Below are positions 53,211 to 64,000 of a stretch of 64,000 nt of DNA, piece after piece; positions within the stretch are counted from its first letter, which is position 1; each line of letters starts with the position of its first letter. The DNA is taken from the NCBI GenBank assembly GCA_964016885.1, contig OZ024741.1:360220001-360284000 (forward strand), given 5' to 3'. A program made the translations under genes and the position numbers. The notes below the pieces were generated by a model, which saw only the letters and a program-made list of their open reading frames with translations, was not told the origin of the DNA and made no database searches. The DNA is from Eledone cirrhosa. Taxonomy: Eukaryota.

Positions 53211-54175
53211 AGCATTTTCTTGAGACTCAGAAGAAATACAGCTACATATCCCATCCAATTCTCTAACAATTCTGCTAACCCACCTCTTTTGACTAGCACT
53301 TCATCAAGGATGGAAGCAAAATTGACTTTAGTAGGATTTGAACTCAACACACAATAAATACTGCAAGACATAATCTGACACCTTAATGGCTGCCAATCCA
53401 CCACCTTGGTATAAATAACATACTTCCAAACTAAAAATGTACACAAACTACCAATAATCAGGTGACTATTCTTAAGGATGGGAGGCATGGTTTACTGAGA
53501 GGAACTTTTGCAGGACCTGCTTCTTAAACAACTGAGAAGAGCAGAAGGTATCCTTAGACTGAAACCTAGTCTGAATAAATAAATGCAACAGCTAAAGGCA
53601 CCCTGCAGCCAGATGGTGATAATAAAACAAGTACAGATTAAGTCCAATACACAAGAACAGAGAATCCAACTGGTTATCACAGAGTTTCCATCTACCCAAT
53701 TTCACTCACTTGCCTAAAGTGCTGTGCAGTGGGATAGGAACCAGAACCATGTAATTGCAAATGTGAACTTCTTAATCATATATTCATGTCTGCAACCATA
53801 AATATGCATCTGATTATTATGAACAACTCTCTAAAGCAATGTTTCTCCAAACAATAGCTACATGCCATTCCTAACACCAACCACTTCACAGAGGGCACTG
53901 GGTGCATTTTATAATGACACTGGCACTAGAGAAGTTGACTTGTCCATTGCAAAGTTAAACAGACCTCTCCACGTTATGTAGTCCCAGTTCTTTTAAGGAA
54001 AACCAAACAGAAAGTGAATACCAAGAGTTGAAAAAGAAAGAATACGAATAAAAGCCGAGAACACCTTTGACTGTACATCTCTGCTGACAGAGTAGAGGAG
54101 TGGGGGCTAAATAACAAAAACTACAATATAAAAATTTAGCCAGAACATCTAGAATGTAATGAGAGAATAACTTAC

Positions 54176-54292
54176 CTTGGAAGATATTTTATTTGATGCT
54201 ACTTTGTTGTTAGTTTTCCAGTTCCATACATTTACAATCATGTCATGCTGAGTTCCCATTGAAACAATATATTTCATGTTTGGGGAATAAGC
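54176..54292 (-). CDS. MAPKBP1: WDR62/MAPKBP1-family exon
   Basis: ttttcag|[39 protein letters not shown]|gtaagt; 117 nt, phase 0/0. Confidence 0.92.
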
Positions 54293-54495
54293 CTGAAAAT
54301 ATACAGAATGCAAGGAATGTTGGAGAAAATACGCTAACTTTCTACTTCTTTTCTCCGTCTTTCCATAACCTGCAATATATTTTTCATCAATGTGTTCAGA
54401 TATTTACAAATACAGAAAATATATTTTTTCTTCTTGAGTATAAGACAGCAATCATGTGTCATCCCCTTGTGCTAAAACCAACTCATGCTAGTGGC

Positions 54496-54722
54496 ATTAA
54501 CCCTTTAGCATTTGCATTACTCTATATTTACTATTATATTTTCGTGGTAAAGACTACCTTACAAAATTATTTCCCATAATATCAAATCTATAAGATTTTG
54601 ATACTATTTATTTTGAGAACAATACCTTAACATCAGTATGAGCAGGCAATTACAACCGGTTTGAACAGAAAAAGGTGAGAGAGTTTTGGCTGGATACAGC
54701 TGGTTTAAATGCTAAAGGGTTG
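54496..54722. mobile_element. piggyBac-like MITE (opposite orientation)
   Basis: ttaaccctttagcattt ... aaatgctaaagggttga. Confidence 0.75.
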
Positions 54723-57463
54723 AGTGACGAGCAGTCCACACTCTCAGGTGGGTGGAAATCTGAGCATTTGGTATGTGTTCAGCTGGTCCAAAGTTGTCGA
54801 CCTCCTCATGGTGGGCCCTGGTAACTGATCACTGATCAGGTGAACAATAACAACCTGAGATAGCAGCAAATCAATAATATAGCTTTTGAAAACTTTTATC
54901 AAATCAAAAAGGATTCTTATCTCTATTTTACATATTTGATGTATTTCAGAAAAGGGTGCAGTTAAAATTATTTTTGAAAATTTTCCACCAGGTAAGGGGA
55001 TAAATGTAAACTAGAAAAAAGCTGAGCCCTTGAAATCATGTGATCAAGTAATATATATAACTTACAAGTTAAAAGATATGAAAATCAGAGAAAATAAGGC
55101 ACAGAGTATGAGATATGCCATTTCTCATGTACAATGCACTGAATAAATAGAACTGGTGCCAGGATAAAATGAACCTAGTCCACTCTGTAATGTGGTAGTG
55201 TTAGTGCCATAATAAAATGGACACAACTCATTCCGTAATATGATACTGCTGGTACCACAGTAAACTCACACTGTACACTCTGTAAAGTTGTTAGCATTAA
55301 GAAAAAATCCAGCTGTAGAAACCATGCCAAAATGGAACATATGAGCAATATACGCTCCTCTGACCTATCTAGTCTAAGACCATGACAACCTGTTCAACCC
55401 ATGCCAGCATGGGAAAACAGACAATGATGATTACACATGAGTGTGTTATCAGGTAACAATACTTAACATAGTAAAATAAAAGGTTAAATATTAAAAACAA
55501 TAAATTAATATTGTTCAGTGGAATCAGTAGTGTCTGTTACCTAGGTGATATAATTTGAACACAATCCAAAACCCTAACTTTAATACAGGTGAGTATTAAG
55601 AGTTAAAGTCTAATAAGACTTTATTAACGTCAGTACGATTAATCAGTCACAGATAAATTTCATGATTATGTAAATCCAAGCTAAAAATATACATCTGTAG
55701 AAGCTAAATATATACATCTGTAAAAGTTAAATATATAAAACTTCTTTAGGTTGTTATTTAAATAATTTCTCACAACTAACTGTCTTTACAGGGTATTTTA
55801 CAATATAACTGCATTCTACATGCATAATATGAGAAAATTTAACTAGAATTGAAGGCAGAAACTTTTACTGAGCTTCGGGTTGAAACACTCACTTAAGGGA
55901 GGGTGGGGGTATCTTTTTTGAAGATTAGAATGTCTCAGGAAAGAATCGCTGGACAATTGGCAAGAGACACAGGGACACAGGGGTAGACTCCAAGCAAGAT
56001 GGTTGGATAACATTCATGAGCTTGGCTGGTCTTACTTGGGGATCTAGCTTGATCAGTTGAAAACGATTGCTTCTGACAGGACCTGCTGGAAGGAGTGTTT
56101 GAGGACTCTGCTGCACACAACTCTCTCAAGAATAAGTGGGCGAGGAAGAACAATATGGTGCAAGTTTAGAAAACAGTTTGCAAAGACATGGCCGTACTCT
56201 GGGGTCATATTATACAGAAGGATGAAAATTTCTTCCTGAATTTTTAGCTTCAGAAAATGATACACATACAATTTATTTCATTTGCTTCAACTTCTTAATA
56301 CACTATTCTGTTCAGCTGCTTAGTTCAGGTCAACCCTGATTCAGTTAATCTCTGATTAAAGTAGTATAAAGCTAGGACTACATTTTCCAAGATAGTAAAT
56401 TGTTTTTGGAGAAGATTTGACAGCCACTTCTAGCAGCCGTGTAAGTAAATTTGGCAGACTGAAACTGCAGGTGTGTGTGTGTATGTGTGTACCAGACATC
56501 ACAGATGTCTTCATAACACCATTTAATGCAAGTGTTAAGGTTTGTTTAAATCCACAATAAACAATATGTCCTACAGTGTTGTAGTTCAACAAACCAGCAG
56601 TATATACTGTACTAATAGGTTAGCATCAAGAAAAACATGCAGACAAAAAATAACTACAAAACGTATTGCCCAACCCATGCAAGCTTAGAAAAGTCTGACA
56701 TAAGAATAATGATGATGATGATCTAACCTATGTGACAAAGTATATAAACTTGTGTGTGTGTGAAAGAGAAAATGAAGATAAAAGGAGACAAAAGTGGAGA
56801 GAGGGAGGAGTGATATAGCTTTCAACAAGTTGAAAGAATCATACAGAAGTCTATATAAACACATGACTGGAACTTGTGACTCAAAATATGAGAGTAAAAA
56901 TAGAATGGAGAAAAGAAAAGACAATAATTTGAATGGTGCAGTATCGTCATGCGAGATACAGCTAGAGATAATGCAACAAAAAATGTAGAGTATATTTGAA
57001 AACATTGCTGCTTTTGTGGGCTTGTGAAATTATATATTTAAATCAGCAGCAGCAACATTACATTCCGTCTGCTTTATGCCCAAGCTTGCATGGATTGGAC
57101 AAGTTGCATTGGTCTGAGTCAGTTCTTATTTAGAGTCACTGTCCTCCTAACCTTTTTGCTACTATGTTTCTAAGGAAAAACACTGATTTTCAAATCATTT
57201 TGAAAATAATCAAGAATTGGAAGGGATTTAACTAATTTTGTCATTAATAAACTGATGTTTGGTGCTCAACTTAAAAGTTCTTACATAATATTATAGTGCA
57301 AAGTTTTTAGATATATATAAACACTTTAACCCTTTTGTTATATTTTTAACGAAATACGCTGCCTACAATTTTCAGGAAATAATCAAGAATTTGAAGGGAT
57401 TTATTAAAATAACTTACAGGTTATCAAGCAGGTGTTCAGAACAAAGTTTCTTACATAAAATTA

Positions 57464-57701
<238 letters not shown>

Positions 57702-59354
57702 AAATACAGTTTTGTATCATAGAACTATGGGTAGTTTGATACAAAAGGTTAGAATAAATGACTTAGTATCATAGAAACAAGGGTCATTGTAGGCAGTTTG
57801 GTATCAAAAGGACTAAATAGGTTGAAGGGCCATATCTCTCAATGTATTTTTCAATTTCTGGCATGGTTTCTACAGCTAGATGATATTCCTAACACCAACC
57901 TCTTTACAGAGTGTACTGGGTATGTTTTTTTTCATGGCACCAATTCTATAGTGCTTACCAAGTCTTAAACATGACTATCCTATGTTGTCTCCAATCAACA
58001 ACCACTTTACAGAGTTTACTGGATGCATTTTATCATGGCACAAATGCTAGAGAAGTCATCTTGTCCACTGCAAAGTTAAAGATGCTGCTTTACTCTATGC
58101 AGTTTCCACTCTGTCAAGGCAAAAATGACCAAGAGTGGAAAGAGAGTATGATTGCAAAATTGCAGCAACATATAAAAAACGTTTTTTTTTTTAATAAAAA
58201 TGTAGAGATAAAATGTTAGATATCCTATGACGATACAGTTGTGGCCAAAATGTTGAATATTGAACAATGATAAAGTTTGAGCTATAGTTAAAAGGTTAGA
58301 CACCTAAAAGATGACTAAAAAGATTATAGATCTGCTTGATCAGAGCTGACCTTAGGCTAAACACCAACACCAACACTTCACTCAAGTGTCTCCTGTTTTT
58401 CTTGGTACCTCCAACATTAGTGTGGGTACTAAAACAGGGTATACTGAACATCACAATAAATGCTGTATGCTTAAATGACACTATATTTTGACTATGAAAG
58501 GAGCTGATCACCAAATCAGACCAAGGAAATTATGTTTCCTTCAGTCTTTCCATTGCTGACCTATCTGATGATCACAAACCCTTACAGAAGTGTCAATGCT
58601 TTTCAGGTGACAAAAAGCTAGAACAAATACTCATTCACAATTCCACCCTGGACTGGTACTTTATTGAGCCCAAAAGGATGAAAAGCAAAACTCAGCTTAG
58701 CTGCATTCGAACTCGCAGCGTAGAAATATAACTGAAACAAATATCACGCCATTTAATCTGACACTTTAATGACTGCTTATTAGCCATTGTTTATATTTTG
58801 AATAAAGAGAGTAAAAAATATAAAATAGACAGAAATAAGTGAATTGGTTGAGTGAAGGTATTTATTTGATTAAGTTTAGACGTCTGATGCTTTGAGCAAA
58901 GCTCTATGTCAAATTACCAATTTGACATATCTGTTTAAATGACAAACTCATGACACACATCAGCTGACTATCCCTTTAATTAATTATATACACATTATTG
59001 CATTATTGAGAATAGCCTTAATGATAGTTTTACATACAATATACAAGATATTTCAAGCTTATCTCTACTTAAAATAGCTTCTACATGTGTAGGCATACAT
59101 GCAAATATATGCTCATGTATGTGTGTACCTGTGGGTTTGCATATTAAAGTATGTGTATAAGTGCAAAGCTATATATTAATGTGGGTAGGTGAAAGTTAAG
59201 CATACATGTTAATGTGTGTGTAATAAAAATAAAAAGTAAATGGAGAGAGATAAAAGGCTCCAAATGTAGCTTATAAATTGGAGAATCAATTCAGTGAAAG
59301 AGACTTGATATTATAGTTTAGCTCTAAGCCAGCCTTGATCAAGTACACCTATAA

Positions 59355-59565
59355 TTAACCCTTTAGTATTTAAACTGGCCATATCCGGCCAGAATTCTCA
59401 CCTCTTTCTGTTCAAACCAGCCATAACTGGCCACTCATACTTATGTTAAGGTATTGTTCTCAAAATAAATCATATCAAAATCTCAGATTCAATATTACGC
59501 GAGATAATTATGTGAAATAAAGCATTTTCTGTGAAAATACAATAATATAAAGTAATAAAGGGTTA
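59355..59565. mobile_element. piggyBac-like MITE
   Basis: ttaaccctttag ... taaagggttaa. Confidence 0.72.
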
Positions 59566-60599
59566 AAGACATTCCAGCCATGATGCTTCAATTTCTTTTA
59601 AGATATAGTGTATGTAGAGGACATTATTTTTCTATGCATCCTTCCCTTTTTTTAAAGATTGTGAAATAACTTTCTATAAGAATATAAATCAACATTTTAC
59701 ATCCATTTTTCCATGCTTACATGGGTTGGATAGGTCATCTCCAAAACAGCATATTACCACTTGTTGCATTTCTTTGGAGATTCAGTGACCCGAGATCAGC
59801 TTACACCATTTTTGCTCCATGTTTTCCTTGATCTTCCTCTTCTATAACTTTCTCCTAAATTATTACTTAGTTGAAAGAATGTATTTGAGAGAGATGCAGT
59901 TCTTGACAGAAAAGATTAAACAAAGTGTTTGTTGGGTGGCATACAGAAGGGATGATGAAACAAAGAAAGATAAGTGAGTTTGATGAGCTTGTGAAAAGGT
60001 GATGTATAACAGCTTGGTGTGATTTTTCTATCTGACTACCACTATGACCCACTCACTCTCTCTCTCATATATGTGTGTGTGTGTGTAATTATGACTGTCA
60101 ATTGCCTAAACTTAACATACGTCTACTCCAGTCCAAATGCAATAACGGCCAATCTCACAAAAGGACCTTTATGCCAAAGGTCTGTCAACAGAGAATTCAC
60201 ATGGTATCAAGGTATGACATACCTTTATACGTATGTCAATTTCCTAAACTTGAATGTAAATATATCTAGAACAACTCCAAACTTTCCACAAATTCAAGCA
60301 AACATAGCCCATAAACACACATACAATCTCACTCACCACACTTATACTATACAAAGAAAGTAAAAATTACACTTGACCTTCTAAACGATGTCCCAACCCT
60401 CACGGCAAAACAACCATTGACCTACAACAATTACTGGTATGGGGATGACAGGTGTCATTAGGCTACAGCTGTCAAATTAGGTAGTTTCTATAAAATAATC
60501 TGCTGCAAATATATATATATACACACACACGCAGTAATACAGAAGACCCGACCTCCCCACAGGTACAAGCTGAAGCATATAGACAATATGCCCCCACAC

Positions 60600-60870
60600 C
60601 CTCCCACTGCAAAGTGGTCGTGGAGGTGCCACGGCAAAAAAGCACCCAGCCCACACTGTAAAGTGGACGTGTAGGCGCCACGGAAAAAAGCACCCAGCAC
60701 TCACTGTAAATGAGGTTGGTGTTAGGAAGGGCATCCAGCTGGAGAGATCAAGCCAGAATCAGTTCCCGTATGAGCAAAGCATGGTCAGCCGACTGGACAC
60801 TGCCCACAACAGGACAATCCATCTAACCCATGCTAGCGTGGAAGAACGGACGTAAAACGGTGATGATGAT
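60600..60870 (+). mobile_element. SINE 3' part with short tandem subrepeats and (GAT)n tail
   Basis: matches 20700-20874; 'aaaaaagcacccagc.c.cactgtaaa' repeated. Confidence 0.75.
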
Positions 60871-61386
60871 ATATATGTATATATATTAATTAACATAACT
60901 GTATGTCCATTTTCTATATTCGCATGGGTTAGATGGATTATGTTATGAGGATAGCCAGATCAGGTGACCAGGTCTTGGTCATACAGCTTAGTCTTTGGAT
61001 TGCTTTTCTTTTATTGGATGCCTTCCTAATGCCAACTACATTACAGTATGCACTGGGAGATTTTATATGGTGAAATCGGTGTTTTATTATTATGGCACCA
61101 GCATGACCACCTTACAGGATGAACTGGATGATTTTTGTTGATGTAACACTAGCACTTCTGGTGGACTGGGTGTTTTTTTCTTGTGTGACCAGCACTGAAG
61201 GAGAGCAGGTATGGAGCATGTCAAGCTTTCTATGCATGCATGAGTTGGACAGGAAATATATCATTATCATCATTTAATGTCCCAAACAAATCTTTGCTAG
61301 ACAAAAGGTATCCAATATAGCTAAATAGAAACAATTTTAAATGTTTAATGAAGTGAATTTAGAGAAAATAATCAAGAGTAACTGAC

Positions 61387-61479
61387 CACACAATTGATTC
61401 CAAATTTATGTCCATGGAACTGGGCAATTTGAATCTTCTCCTCGACATCCCAAACTCTGACTGCGGGTTGGTGACCACT
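61387..61479 (-). CDS. MAPKBP1: WDR62/MAPKBP1-family WD40 protein, internal exon (first in window)
   Basis: ttctttcag|[31 protein letters not shown]|gtcagt; 93 nt, phase 0/0; matches the MAPKBP1/WDR62 '[11 protein letters not shown]' segment. Confidence 0.9.
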
Positions 61480-64000
61480 CTGAAAGAAACAGAAAGGAAT
61501 GTTATTTGTATACAAATATTTACAGCTGAAAATCGTAGTTATGGATTATTTGACAGACTCTGATTCATGTAATGGTAGGATAACATGTAAGGTTTTACAG
61601 TCACATCAAACTGATTCATGAATGGTCTACAAATGATAATTTGACCACAAATTTAACTAACCTGAAATGAATTTAAATAAATCAATAAGATAAAACAATC
61701 AACACTAATTAAACTTGGTAATTTGTCAAACTTCTGCCATGGTAAAGCTGAATGTCATATGGAAAAGCAACTCCATCAGTTTTCTAATGAAGCTCAAACC
61801 ATACAATTCAATTGGTGAATTCAATCCTTTTGTATGGGTGTGAGAGGTAGACTCCCACAGCAGACAAAGTGAAGAATCCAATTATTTGAATGAACACAAT
61901 AAAAATAAGTCGTTTTTTTCCCCTAAAATTATGATAGATTTTAATATACGAATGAACATTTTAAAATTATCAGTTTTGTATCATAAAACAACTGAATAAT
62001 GCTAAGTTCAGAAATTATTTTAACTTATTAACCACATATATAATTAACTATATAGCCAGCAAATATTCAAGTGGCAGAAACAGTAGAGCACAGGAAAAAT
62101 ACTTTGCAATATTTATTTTAGCTCTTTCCATTCAAATGGAGTTCAAATGCCATCAAGGTTAGCTTTACCTTTCATCATTTCGGGGTTGATAAAGTGCCAG
62201 TCTAGAACAGTGGCTTGATTGGCAGAAATGCATCCTTGTTCTGCATCCTTGCATTCTGATTTCAAATCCTGCCGTGGTCTACCTGGGTGGCAGTAGACTT
62301 CATCCATCACTCAGTTTAACACCACATCTGGTCCTTGGGTGACTTTAGTGGAGTCCACTCTATTGCAAGCATTCAAGTGAGGTCTACTTACAGGATACCT
62401 TCCTCACTCCCACCTTTCTTGGACACTCTTAACCTATTTGATATAAAACTGCCTGAAAGCACCCTGGATTTATGATATAAAATTGTTCATTTTAAAATGT
62501 TTATCCTTATATTAAAACCCTCCAACATAATTTTACTTTAAAAACTTGACTCTACATTCATTATTGTATTTTTGCAGTAAACACTTTATTTTACATAATA
62601 TCGAATCTACAAGAATTTGATATTTATTTTGAGAACAATAGCTTAACATAAGTACGAGCAGTTGGTTATAGCCGGTTTGAACAGAAAGAAGTGAGAGAAT
62701 TGTGGCTGTATATGGCCGGTTGGTTTAAATGTTAAAGGGTCAATGTTTTAAATATCAGCTTATTTTATTAAATTCCTCCAAACTTTTGCTTTATTGAAAC
62801 CCATCGGTAGTGTATTCCATTAGAAATACAGTAATGTAAGAATTAAAAGGGTCATGAACACTGCCATTCCTTCCCTAACAGTAAAAATAAATAAAAAAAA
62901 TCTTGTTGAAAGGAGTCTGACATAGTATGGTGCTACAATTTTAGATATTTGCCAGAGTTAGTAGATAAGGCATTTCTGTAGTTGGGTGCTTGTTCTTCAG
63001 AACTCTCAACATTCAAGCTTCTGTTTTCCATCTAAGTAGTCTGATACAAATAATGACTGAAGACAGCGTTTTTGAAATTACAAATATATAACCATAGATA
63101 TTTAAACATTAAACTTATGTCTGCCACAAAGTTTAGTTTAACTAAGCTCTCAAATAAAGAAATGTTATTTGTACAAACACATTACAAACATTTACATATA
63201 CACCACACACATGTACACATTACACCTACCCACACATACATATTACATTCACATACACATACATATACATAATACACTTCCACACACAAACACACATATA
63301 CAGCCACAAATAAACTCACACCACCCATATAACATAGGCACACGTACAAATGCATACTTATATCACACACACGCACACCAATGATGGTATGCAAGTTAGT
63401 CAAATGTCTAGTGTACTGATGGAGTAGAAACTCAGAGCTGTCATTTTAGCACTGTATATTTGCATGTAAAATATTTTTAAAGATCATTAAGAGTGCGGTT
63501 GAGCTGGGGCATTGAACAACTTTTCCTAAGCCAGTCTCTCTCCGCCATACACACAATTTTACGTACAATATTGTATAGGTGAGATCATCATCACATCAGC
63601 TTTTCCATGCTTGAATGGATTAGGCAGACTTTTTGCTGCCCTTACTGACAAATTCTCTTTTAATTATGTGGAAATATATATATAAATTATTGCAATAAAT
63701 CATTACTCTAGAATTAAACTGTATTAAATTCTTTCTACATATAGATAGTAGTACTAAGTAAAAATTACCCACTGTTATATATATATGTGTGTACACACAC
63801 ACACACACACACACACATATATTGTCTTCAAATTAAATTAAGTCCTGAAAGATGTTACCATCATTACACATATATATATATCATCATCATCATCATCGCT
63901 TAACGTCCATCTTCCACGCTTGCATGGGTTTGGATGGTTATATATAAATCATTAGGCTTTGCTGATAATTTCTTTTGAATGAAACAGTTCTAGTCTTGTA

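Overview
AT-rich eukaryotic genomic DNA. The SINE, MITE and microsatellite repertoire is typical of an octopus/cephalopod (inference). The whole window lies inside one minus-strand gene of the WDR62/MAPKBP1 WD40 family: eight phase-consistent GT-AG exons plus a candidate 21-nt microexon. The introns are packed with mobile elements: a full-length but decayed GC-rich Gypsy-type LTR retrotransposon (5-bp TSD), Helitron derivatives, RTE LINE fragments, hAT/piggyBac/mariner MITEs and tRNA-derived SINEs. The most unusual region is 21.2-32.6 kb (plus 44.6-45.7 kb), a cluster of Penelope-like retroelement (PLE) fold-backs carrying minimal hammerhead ribozyme motifs. It includes a ~4.6-kb head-to-head palindrome with a perfect 30-bp centre, whose right arm has two microhomology-bounded deletions. 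All calls were made by eye; identities are estimates and TE edges are approximate unless a TSD/TIR is cited.
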